Notes under the pieces: generated by a model | Told to the model about the DNA's origin: nothing | Databases searched by the model: none | What the model saw: only the letters and a program-made list of their open reading frames with translations | Made by a program: the position numbers and the translations under genes | In this document: piece after piece, positions 1 through 9,682 of the stretch | Layout: every line of letters starts with the position of its first letter | Position numbering within the stretch: position 1 is the first letter of the stretch | NCBI GenBank assembly: GCA_963663405.2 | Contig: CAXXSM010000008.1 | Span: 1-46,491, forward strand | Length of the DNA stretch: 46,491 bases | Origin: a bacterium | GTDB lineage: Bacteria; Hinthialibacterota; Hinthialibacteria; Hinthialibacterales; Hinthialibacteraceae | Reading direction: 5' to 3'

Positions 1-3000
1 ATCCGTGTCTTCATTCGTTGAGACGGTGTTGTTGGACGATGTGGGCGGATCGTTAACCGCGGTCACATTGATCGTCATGGTGTATGCGGAAGCGCTGTAT
101 TCCGTTCCGTCATTCACCTTGAAATCAAAGGTGGCGTAAGGTGATCCATTAGCGTTCGCCACCGGTTTTGAATTTCAATTGACTGGCGTCGATATCCGCT
201 TTGCTGACTACATCGTTGTTGCTGAGCGCTTCACCGCCATCCACGACACCGTCGGTATTCGCATCGTTATAGAGTGTCCCAGCGCCGGGAACGGATGTGA
301 TTTGAACCTGAGATAATGGATCGCTGTCAATGTCACTATAATTAAAATCACTCGCCGCAAAGGTTTTATCCGTGTCTTCATTTATCGTAATTGTATCGTT
401 GGACGCGGTGGGCGCGTCATTCACAGCGGTCACATTGATCGTCATTGTGTACGTGGAAGCGCTGTATTCGGTTCCATCATGCACTTTGAAATCGAACGTT
501 GTATAGGGTGAGGCCATTGCCATTCGCGACGGGTTTAAACGTCAATCGCCCCGCGTCGATATCCGCCTTCGAGACAGTGTCGTTATTGCTGAGGGCTTCC
601 CCGCCATCGACAACACCGTCGTGTTCGCGTCGTTGAAAAGCGTCCCGGTTCCAGGGATGGCGGTTATTTGGACCTGAGTCATAGAACTGCCTTCCACGTC
701 GCTGTAATTGAATTCACTATAAGCGAAAGTTTTATCCGTGTCTTCATTCGTTGAGACGGTGTTGTTGGATGATGTAGGCGGATCGTTAACTGCGGTTACA
801 TTGATTGTAATCGTATACGAAGACGCGCTGTATTCCGTCCCATCATTCACCTTGAAATCAAAGGTGGCGTAAGGTGATCCGTTAGCGTTCGCCACCGGTT
901 TGAATTTTAACTGGTTGGAGTCGATATCCGCTTTCGAGACGGTGTCGTTATTACTGAGGGCTTCCCCACCATCGACAACACCGTCGGTATTCGCATCGTT
1001 ATAGAGTGTCCCAGCGCCGGGAACGGATGTGATTTGAACCTGAGATAATGGATCGCTGTCAATGTCACTATAATTAAAATCACTCGCCGCAAAGGTTTTA
1101 TCCGTGTCTTCATTTATCGTAATTGTATCGTTGGACGCGGTGGGCGCGTCATTCACAGCGGTCACATTGATCGTCATTGTGTACGTGGAAGCGCTGTATT
1201 CGGTTCCATCATGCACTTTGAAATCGAACGTTGTATAGGGTGAGCCATTGCCATTCGCGACGGGTTTAAACGTCAATCGCCCCGCGTCGATATCCGCCTT
1301 CGAGACAGTGTCGTTATTGCTGAGGGCTTCCCCGCCATCGACAACACCGTCCGTGTTCGCGTCGTTGAAAAGCGTCCCGGTTCCAGGGATGGCGGTTATT
1401 TGGACCTGGGTCATGGAACTGCTTTCCACGTCGCTGTAATTAAATTCACTATAAGCGAAAGTTTTATCCGTGTCTTCATTCGTTGAGACGGTGTCGTTGG
1501 ACGATGTGGGCGGATCGTTAACCGCGGTCACATTGATCGTCATGGTGTATGCGGAAGCGCTGTATTCCGTTCCGTCATTCACCTTGAAATCAAAGGTGGC
1601 GTAAGGTGATCCGTTAGCGTTCGCCACCGGTTTGATTTTAACTGGTTGGAGTCGATATCCGCTTTCGAGACGGTGTCGTTATTACTGAGGGCTTCCCACC
1701 ATCGACAACACCGTCGGTGTTCGCATCGTTATAGAGTGTCCCGGCGCCGGGAATGGATGTGATTTGAACATGAGACAATGGATCGCTATCGATATCACTA
1801 TAATTAAAATCACTCGCCGAAAAGGTTTTATCCGTGTCTTCATTTATCGTAATTGTATCGTTGGACGCGGTAGGCGCATCATTCACAGCGGTCACATTGA
1901 TCGTCATTGTGTACGTGGAAGCGCTGTATTCGGTTCCATCATGCACTTTGAAATCGAACGTTGTATAGGGTGAGCCATTGCCATTCGCGACGGGCTTAAA
2001 CGTCAATTGCCCGCGTCGATATCCGCTTTCGAGACAGTGTCGTTATTGCTGAGGGCTTCCCGCCATCGACAACACCGTCCGTGTTCGCGTCGTTGAAAAG
2101 CGTCCCGGTTCCAGGGATGGCGGTTATTTGGACCTGGGTCATGGGACTGCTTTCCACGTCGCTGTAATTGAATTCACTATAAGCGAAAGTTTTATCCGTG
2201 TCTTCATTCGTTGAGACGGTGTCGTTGGACGATGTGGGCGGATCGTTAACCGCGGTCACATTGATCGTCATGGTGTATGCGGAAGCGCTGTATTCCGTTC
2301 CATCGTGCACTTTGAAATTAAATGTTGTATAAGGCGATCCATTATTATTCGAGCGGGTTTGAATTTCAACTGGTTGGCGTCGATATCCGCTTTCGAAACA
2401 GTATCGTCATTACTTAGCGCTTCCCGCCATCCACGACACCGTCGGTGTTCGCGTCGTTAAAGAGCGTGCCGGATGCAGGAGTGGATGTGATCTGTACTTG
2501 AGATAAAGTGTCTCCTGTATCGATATCCGAAAAATTAAACTCACTCGCCGCAAAGGTCTTGTCTGTGTCTTCATTTGTTGAAACGGTATTGTTGCCGCGG
2601 TAGGCGCGTCGTTGACGGCGGTCACATTAATCGTCATCGTGTACGACGAGGCGCTGTATTCCGTTCCATCGTGCACTTTGAAATTGAATGTTGTATAAGG
2701 AGATCCATTATCATTCAAGGCGGGTTTGAATTTCAACTGGTTGGCGTCAATATCCGCTTTCGAAACAGTATCGTCATTACTGATCGCTTCTCCGCCGTCT
2801 ACAACACCGTCAGTGTTCGCGTCATTGAATAGCGTGCCGGTTCCAGGAATGGCTGTTATTTGGACCTGGGTCATGGGGCTGCTTTCCACATCGCTGTAAT
2901 TGAATTCACTTGCTGCGAAAGTTTTATCAATATCTTCATTCGTCGAGACGGTATTGTTAGCTGCGGTGGGCGCATCGTTGACGGCGGTCACATTGATTGT

Positions 3001-4209
3001 CATGATGTACGAAGAGGCGCTGTATTCTGTGCCGTCATGCACTTTAAAGTCGAACGTGGTGTACGGTGATCCATTGTTATTCGAGGCGGGTTTGAATTTC
3101 AACTGGTTGGCGTCGATATCCGCTTTCGAAACAGTATCGTCATTACTTAGCGCTTCCCCGCCATCCACGACACCATCGGTGTTCGCGTCGTTAAAGAGTG
3201 TTCCGGCGCTAGGAATGGATGTGATCTGTACTTGAGATAAAATGTCTCCCGTATCGATATCCGAAAAATTAAACTCACTCGCCGCGAAGGTTTTGTCCGT
3301 GTCTTCATTTGTTGAAACGGTATTGTTGGCCGCGGTAGGCGCGTCATTCACAGCAGTCACATCAATTGTCATGGTGTACGCCGAAGGCGCTGTATTCCGT
3401 GCCGTCGTGCACTTTGAAATCAAACGTTGTATAAGGCGATCCATTACCATTTGAAGCGGGTTTGAATTTCAACTGGTTGGCGTCGATGTCCCCTTTGGAG
3501 ACTACGTCGTCATTGCTGAGCGTCTCCCCACCATCCACTATACCATCAGTGTTCGCATCGTTATAAAGTAAGCCGGTACCGGGAATGGACGTAATCTGCA
3601 CTTGAGAAAGCGTATCTCCTGTATCAACATCGGAGAAATTGAATTCACTCGCGGCAAAGGTTTTGTCTGTATCCTCGTCTGTGGAGACGGTATTGTTCGC
3701 GGCGGTTGGCGCGTCTTGGACAGAGGTTACATTGATTGTCATCGTGTACGCTAACGCGCTGTATACCGTTCCATCATGTACTTTGAAATTAAACGTGGTA
3801 TACGGGTTTCCGTTTTCATTTGCGGTGGGTTTGAATTTCAATTGATTGGCGTCGATATCGGCTTTGCTAACAACGTCGTCATTGCTCAGCGCTTCCCCGC
3901 CATCTATAACACCGTCCGTATTCGCGTCATTGAAGAGTGTGCCTGTACCAGGAATGGCCGTGATCTGCACTTGTGAAAGTGTGTCCGCTGCGTCAACATC
4001 GGAGAAATTGAAATCTCCAGCGGCGAGAGTCTTATCCGTATCTTCATTTGTGGAAACAGTGTTGTTAGCCGCAGTGGGCGGATCGTTGACGGCGGTCACG
4101 TCAATCGTCATCGTATACGCCGACGCGCTGTATTCCGTTCCATCATGCACTTTGAAATCGAATGTGGTGTAGGAAGTACCGTTCTCGTTGGCCACTGGTT
4201 TAAATTTTA
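1..4209 (-). pseudogene. 3' part of giant cadherin-like/Ig tandem-repeat surface protein (adhesin stalk); cut off from its 5' part by ISL3, broken by apparent 1-bp indels, runs off the left edge
   Basis: ORFs 3362-4195, 2410-3450, 1996-2310, 1638-2006, 542-1627 and 149-523 all encode the same ~122-aa repeat (NDxPT...TNEDTDKTF...FxxSDxD...NDANTDGVVDGGE...LKFKP...YTTFDFKVHDGTEYS...TINVTAV). Removing the IS and one target copy restores the frame QLKF|KPVANENGTSY. Confidence 0.9.
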
Positions 4210-4700
4210 GCCTCTTCGCTATTTCATGTGGGTAGAGGGTAGAACCTCGAGAAGATTACATTCCAATTTTCCTCTGCCAAACAGATGGTTACGATCAACT
4301 TGTAGACGTTTCGATATCTGTTAAGCGACAAGTATTTTGCAGTAGGATTGCCCTCCATCGATCCGTTTGCGGGTCTGGATTTTATCGAAGAAAAAAGAAC
4401 CATATCTTTATGTGCCGCATGCTTGTGGAGTCTGTGGTCAGGCGCCTCAATAATCTTTCTCATTCCCCCTAATCTTTCGCAGGTGGCTGTCCAAATCTTG
4501 TGGGCAAACCGGCAGGAACTTTCTCTTCTCACCCAGAGTATCGGCGGTTTGTCCATAAGATGGCAGAATCCACAAGCCCTCACTCGTTCGGATTACTGAT
4601 CATGAATCGCAGACCGGAGAGACTCAGCCGGTTTCATCCGGTGTCTTTTGCTTAGTTTGGCGGCTTGCCTGCAGAAACGGGAACGATTCAAGCCGTATTA

Positions 4701-5954
4701 CTATTTCGTGTGGGGCGAGGGAAGAACCTTGGGAAGATTGAATTCCAACTTGCTTCCAATCAAATAGATGGTAGTGATTAAATTGTTGACGTTGCGATAG
4801 CCTCTCGCACGGGCCTTGGCGGCTTGGATCAGGCTATTCATCCCCTCCAACAGACCATTGTTGATTCGCGAAGTAAACCAACGCACCACACCAGCCCAGT
4901 GCTCCTTGATCGTTTTCGCGGCCTTGATCATAGGCTCAATCCGGCTGTGAGTCGCCCAATAATACCACTTTTTAAGAAACGATTCCCCCTCCTCCGGATC
5001 GTCGAACGAAAACACGTCTTGGAACACGGATCGCAGATGGTAGGCTTTCACCGTCTTCAATTTGCTCCCTCGTACATCTTGAAAAATTTCGTTCCGTTTC
5101 TTCTCTTGCTTGTCCGTGAGATTCCATTCATTCTTCAGCCAAATATACTTCGTCCCCTTCAATAATTCGGGATAAATCGCTTGGTCTTGTTTGCGCACTT
5201 CGTCCACAGCTTGATTGATAATCCTCATCAGGTGGTATTCATCAAATGTCATTTCGGCGGCCGGGAAATTGGCTTCAATCCCGGATTGAAACGCCTGGGA
5301 CATATCCAAACAAAATTCCTCCACCTGCTCCGCCTTTCCGTTATGCGTCTCTAAATCCTCTTTGAACGCCCCCACCGTTTGAGCGTCCTTTCCATCGGTG
5401 GCAAACATCACGCTGCGCTCGTCCAAATCCATGAATACGCTGACATAATTGTGCCCTTTGGCCTTTGAGGTCTCATCCACCCCCACCGCCTTCACTCCCG
5501 AAAAATCCTCCCTCTCTCGCGCGTCCATCACATAATGAGTCAGCACTCGCCAAATCAGCGTGTCATATTCTCCGACCACTCGGCTGATCGCATTGGCCGT
5601 CATCCCATTCTCCGCCAGTGCCATGACCAACGCTTCAAATAACAACGTAAATCCCGCCCCCGGACGGGCCCAGGGAAGATTCACTGTCTTGACTTTATGA
5701 TTGGGACATTTCACACGAGGTTGCCGGGCGTGTAAATACGTCTCATACTGAAAGAAATTCAGATGCCTCCAAGTGCGTCGTTTCGTATCATGCACTCCAC
5801 ACAGGTTCCCGCATTCGGGACAGGGAAACAGACTCCCCTCGGGAAAGTCCAGCGTGAGGTGCAAGGTTTTTTCTTCCTCAGGAAACTCGGCCTGGACGAC
5901 CTGCCATGGCTCACTCAAACCTAACGCTAACCGGAATAATTCTTGGTTCTTCAT
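4701..5954 (-). CDS. ISL3 family transposase
   Basis: Zinc finger CPECG...RVKCPNH, WRHLNFFQY, PWARPGAGFT, and DDE motifs VGVDE, CLDMS, FDEYH, NNGLLEGMNSLIQ...ARGYRN. Confidence 0.95.
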   Translation of the reverse strand: MKNQELFRLALGLSEPWQVVQAEFPEEEKTLHLTLDFPEGSLFPCPECGNLCGVHDTKRRTWRHLNFFQYETYLHARQPRVKCPNHKVKTVNLPWARPGAGFTLLFEALVMALAENGMTANAISRVVGEYDTLIWRVLTHYVMDAREREDFSGVKAVGVDETSKAKGHNYVSVFMDLDERSVMFATDGKDAQTVGAFKEDLETHNGKAEQVEEFCLDMSQAFQSGIEANFPAAEMTFDEYHLMRIINQAVDEVRKQDQAIYPELLKGTKYIWLKNEWNLTDKQEKKRNEIFQDVRGSKLKTVKAYHLRSVFQDVFSFDDPEEGESFLKKWYYWATHSRIEPMIKAAKTIKEHWAGVVRWFTSRINNGLLEGMNSLIQAAKARARGYRNVNNLITTIYLIGSKLEFNLPKVLPSPHTK

Positions 5955-5964
5955 TCTCTTCCTT

Positions 5965-5982
5965 CTCTCTCTCTCTCTCTCT
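5965..5982. repeat. (CT)9 / (GA)9 microsatellite just upstream of the transposase start
   Basis: Read directly from the sequence. Confidence 0.9.
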
Positions 5983-6099
5983 TGGGATTGGGATCTTTGC
6001 CTTTAGCCTGGGCGGAGGATCGGACCTTGCGGGGACGCGAACTGAGTGCTGACCAAGAAGACTGTCGAAGGACGGTCTAGCACCGCCCTTCTTGTTAGT

Positions 6100-7125
6100 T
6101 TATCTCGTCGGGATTGGTACGTAAGCGATATATCTTCGGGAGGATGGAGGAAAGCCTTCCCCAAATCTACCCACTCGATTCAGCGAAGAGCCAAATTTTA
6201 ATTGGTTGTTATTGATATCCGCAACGGGAACTACATCGTCATTGCTCAGCGCTTCTCCACCATCCACAACGCCGTCTGTATTCGCGTCGTTGAAGAGTGT
6301 GCCCGTGCCAGGAATGGCGGTGATCTGCACTTGAGCAAGTGTGTCCCCTGTATCTACATCGGAGAAATTAAACTCACTGGCGGCAAAGGTCTTGTCTGTG
6401 TCTTCATTTGTCGAGAGGGTGTTGTTAGCGGCGGTTGGCGCGTCTTGGACAGAGGTTACATTGATTGTCATGGTGTACGATGACGCGCTGTATTCCGTTC
6501 CATCATGTACTTTAAAATCGAAAGTAGTGTATGGCGATCCATTGCCGTTCGCGGCCGGTTTGAATTTTAACCGGTTGGCGTCGATATGCGCTTTGGTGAC
6601 CACATCGTCATTGCTGAGCGCCTCCCCACCATCCACAACACCGTCTGTGTTCGCATCGTTGTAAAGCGTCCCGGCACTGGGAATCGATGTGATTTGTACT
6701 TGGCTGAGTGTATCTCCCGAGTCTTCATCCGAGAAATTAAATTCGCTGGCGGCGAATACTTTGTCTGTATCTTCATTTGTCGAGACGGTATTGTTAGACG
6801 CAGTAGGGGGATCGTTCGCGTCGGTGACGGTGATCACGAACGCTTCGGAATATGTGCCTCCATTGCCGTCATCCGTTTGTATGCGGACGTAATATTGATG
6901 ATCGACTCTATCTTCATAATTCAAACTGGCTTTGGCTTTCAATTGATTGCCAACAATTTCAAATAAGCTATTATCTGAATCCCCCGCGCCGGAGACAAGG
7001 CTGTATGTATGTGTATCCGCTTCAACGGATGGGGCGGCGCTGAATCCAAAAAAACATACAAACGCCATTAGGATCAATCGGTGAATTCGATCCACTACCG
7101 AGTTCTGCGTTAAAAATACCGTCAT
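6100..7125 (-). CDS. 5' part of adhesin stalk: signal peptide, C-terminal part of a cadherin domain, then about 1.7 repeats; reads into the IS and stops at 6100
   Basis: RBS AAAGGAG. Hydrophobic leader ends in V-E-A at residue 36. Mature start is DTHTYSLVSGAGDSDNSLFEIVGNQLKAKASLNYE. The tail GSSLNRVGRF... is IS-derived. Confidence 0.9.
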   Translation of the reverse strand: MTVFLTQNSVVDRIHRLILMAFVCFFGFSAAPSVEADTHTYSLVSGAGDSDNSLFEIVGNQLKAKASLNYEDRVDHQYYVRIQTDDGNGGTYSEAFVITVTDANDPPTASNNTVSTNEDTDKVFAASEFNFSDEDSGDTLSQVQITSIPSAGTLYNDANTDGVVDGGEALSNDDVVTKAHIDANRLKFKPAANGNGSPYTTFDFKVHDGTEYSASSYTMTINVTSVQDAPTAANNTLSTNEDTDKTFAASEFNFSDVDTGDTLAQVQITAIPGTGTLFNDANTDGVVDGGEALSNDDVVPVADINNNQLKFGSSLNRVGRFGEGFPPSSRRYIAYVPIPTR

Positions 7126-7197
7126 GGTTAATCTCCTTTTGTCTCTATTATATTTGCATGTTTTTAGACGTAATGATTTCTCTATTTTGTTCGTTTT

Positions 7198-7782
7198 TTA
7201 ATTATCCGGATCAGCCGTGGATAAATCCCCCACCACAGCGTTCCCCGCGTTCTCTTGGATGCTTGCATTGGATAAACTGATATCCGTAGGGGTGTCATTC
7301 TCTGCATTGACTGTGACTGAGATCGTCTTCCCCCCTGTGCTGCCCCCATCTCCATCCGTAACCGTTAACGCCAAATCATGGGCGGATTCCCCCGATTGGG
7401 AACTGCTCTGATAGTTCAGACGTTGTATTAGCGCGTCTACAATGGTTGGTGTAGAAGCGCTGTTGAATGTGATTTTGAAATCCGTCCCTATGCCTGTATC
7501 CGTGCCGTCAACCGTACCGAATGTCGTCCAAACCGAGCCGTCGCTGACTTGTATGTTGTTTCCGCTCCGCTGGATATTCCCGGCGCCGTGGGCTTGATTG
7601 CTCACGGAGATGGTCTCCGTTGACCTTACTCCGGTAATGGTAAGTGTTCCTGTATCGAGATTCGCGCTGTCTGAATCTGTGAACGTGACGGCGGAATCGA
7701 TAATCGCCGGCGCCGCGTTAATCGTGTTTTCATTGTAAGAGACGGAACCAGTAAGATTCGATAAAGTGGGTGGAGAATTAGA
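7198..7782 (-). repeat. Shared 585-bp C-terminal cassette, copy in tip C
   Basis: Colinear with 9098-9682 and 12877-13464. Confidence 0.92.
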
Positions 7783-9057
7783 AGGACCAATGGAACCGAA
7801 ATAATACATCGCTCGAAAATTACTAGCCGCGTTTTGTCGATCGCCTACGGCCATTACTTTATTGGCGTCATTAATTTCAATATTGAGTTCTACATAGCTA
7901 TAGTCGTCACTGTAGGCCTTATCTTTTGTCCATGCGCCCGATCCAATTTGGGTGGCGATCCGCACATCTCCAGTATTGTAATCAAAATAGGCGATCGCTT
8001 TATTGTTAGAACTGTTAATACTTAAAACCGCGGCCACACCATAATCCTGGTCCGCGGCTTCATCGACAGTGCTATGCGCCCAACTTCCCCCCGCATTGGT
8101 TGTATACTTCAACTTGCCTACATACGTGTTTTCATTGAACTCATAATAAGCGATATGTACTTTTTCCTCGCTATCAAGAGCCGGACAGCATGAGCCATAG
8201 TAATTGATGTCCGTCTGTTCGCTGATGAGTCTTGTGTTCACAAAGGAACCCGAACTGTTCGTACTGTAGAACAGTTCTTCATTCGATGATCCATCTTTCA
8301 CATAGGAGACATGGGCTTTATTGGAACTGTCAAGAACGGTTCGCGTTCCTGCGATTCCATCCGCGCTTCCGGAAAACGTATCGATAGTTGTTTTGGTCCA
8401 TGAACTCCCGTTTTTTACCGCGTATTTCAGGGCCGTCATCCGGGGACTGGATCGCGTGTCTTTATAGAGATACGTGATGTGGGGATTATTGGAACTGTCC
8501 ACATTAATACAAGGATCATCGGGATTCTTCCAGCCACTACTGTCAGTATATTCGTCAACTAAAGAAAAACTCCAGTTCGTTCCATCAAAATAAGCGTGCC
8601 AAACTTGTCTCATATTTGTATAAGGTTGATCACCGCCATAGGATTCTGCAGCCCGGAACGCAATATGGAATTTATTGTTACTGTCGATCGCTAAAGAAAG
8701 GTCGTCATTAATAGAATAGATACTGCCCGGTATATCGGATTTTTGAAAACTCCCATTTGGGACATCCTGCCAAGAAATTCCGTTCCACGAACGAAGATAG
8801 TACCCGCTACTCGTACCAGGACGATAAACCGCATAAAGATTCCCACTACTATCCGCATCCACATCGGGAAAATGCCAAGAAGTCGCGCTCGGTGTCACGA
8901 TATCGCCGTTCGTCCAAGTAACGGCGAAAACCGGTTGCGTGTATGAAAACAGTATGATGACACAAAGGAACAAGACTGGATTAATAAAGACGTCTGTTCG
9001 ATTTCGTTTTACAAACCATCGTTCAATGCATTTGTATCCATGCTTCTTTCGTTCCAT
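7198..9057 (-). CDS. Secreted tip protein C: beta-propeller-like DSxxxxH(I/V)xY repeats plus the shared C-terminal module ending in a partial cadherin domain
   Basis: RBS AGGAG; signal peptide ...QPVFA; repeats DSNNKFHIAF, DSSNNPHITY, DSSNKAHVSY, DSEEKVHIAY; ends GDLSTADPDN*. Confidence 0.88.
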   Translation of the reverse strand: MERKKHGYKCIERWFVKRNRTDVFINPVLFLCVIILFSYTQPVFAVTWTNGDIVTPSATSWHFPDVDADSSGNLYAVYRPGTSSGYYLRSWNGISWQDVPNGSFQKSDIPGSIYSINDDLSLAIDSNNKFHIAFRAAESYGGDQPYTNMRQVWHAYFDGTNWSFSLVDEYTDSSGWKNPDDPCINVDSSNNPHITYLYKDTRSSPRMTALKYAVKNGSSWTKTTIDTFSGSADGIAGTRTVLDSSNKAHVSYVKDGSSNEELFYSTNSSGSFVNTRLISEQTDINYYGSCCPALDSEEKVHIAYYEFNENTYVGKLKYTTNAGGSWAHSTVDEAADQDYGVAAVLSINSSNNKAIAYFDYNTGDVRIATQIGSGAWTKDKAYSDDYSYVELNIEINDANKVMAVGDRQNAASNFRAMYYFGSIGPSNSPPTLSNLTGSVSYNENTINAAPAIIDSAVTFTDSDSANLDTGTLTITGVRSTETISVSNQAHGAGNIQRSGNNIQVSDGSVWTTFGTVDGTDTGIGTDFKITFNSASTPTIVDALIQRLNYQSSSQSGESAHDLALTVTDGDGGSTGGKTISVTVNAENDTPTDISLSNASIQENAGNAVVGDLSTADPDN

Positions 9058-9097
9058 TTATATTCTCCTGAATCAAAATGACAATTTAAATAAGGCT

Positions 9098-9682
9098 TTA
9101 ATTATCCGGATCGGTCGTGGATAAATCCCCCACCACCGCGTTCCCCGCGTTTTCTTGAATCGTCAAACTAGATAAATTGATATCCGTCGGCGCATCGTTT
9201 TCCGCATTGACTGTCACGGAAATTGTGGAGCCTCCAGTGTCTCCGCCGTCACCATCAGAAACCGTCAAAGTCAGGTTGTGGGCGGACTCTCCAGTTTGTG
9301 AACTGCTTTGATAGTTCAGCCTTTGAATTAGGGCGTCTACATTAGTAGGCGTGGAGGCGCTGTTAAATGTGATTTTTAAGTTTGTCCCGGCTCCTGTTTC
9401 CGTGCCGTCGACTGTCCCGAATGTCGTCCAGGTCGAGCCGTCGCTGACTTGTATGTTGTTTCCGCTCCGCTGGATGTTTCCGGCGCCGTGGGCTTGATTG
9501 CTCACGGAGATGGTTTCCGAACTGCGCAGGCCCGTGATTGTGAGTTCGCCTGTATCTAGATCCCCCCCATCCGCGTCCGCATATGCGACATTGTCATCAA
9601 TGATTTGGGGGGTGGAGTTGACGGTGTTTTCATTAAATGTTTTCGAGGTGGTTAAACCGGTTAATGTGGGGTCGGTATTGGA
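9098..9682 (-). repeat. Shared 585-bp C-terminal cassette, copy in tip B
   Basis: Colinear with the other two copies, with long identical DNA runs shared with copy C. Confidence 0.92.

Larger units (their letters stand above)
4210..6192 (-). mobile_element. ISL3-family insertion sequence, 1983 bp
   Basis: Imperfect terminal IRs GCCTCTTCGCTATTTCATGTGGGTAGA (4210-4236) and GGCTCTTCGCTGAATCGAGTGGGTAGA (reverse complement of 6166-6192) match at 21/27. The 8-bp target duplication AAATTTTA is at 4202-4209 and 6193-6200. An ISL3 transposase lies inside. Confidence 0.95.
1..6820 (-). repeat. Tandem ~366-bp coding repeats (13 complete units plus the start of a 14th); the distal units form a near-identical 732-bp A-B dimer repeat
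   Basis: Counted NDxPT/QDAPT unit starts. ATCCGTGTCTTCATTCGTTGAGACGG recurs at 1, 734, 1466 and 2194. Confidence 0.9.

Noticed and set aside
1-4209. Tandem repeats as a CRISPR array or as several separate genes
   Set aside because: The units are 366-bp coding repeats without unique spacers, and the ORF breaks map to 1-bp indels.
4224-4583. 119-aa ORF as an IS passenger gene
   Set aside because: Its end is a decayed copy of the transposase 3' end, and the rest resembles no protein I recognise.
7012-7210. DNA-level (shufflon-like) fusion of tips to the stalk via the shared CGGATA at tip ends and stalk start
   Set aside because: Only 6 bp and explained by Asp codons. No recombinase is in the window, the fusion would shorten the loop, and the stalk has its own RBS and signal peptide.
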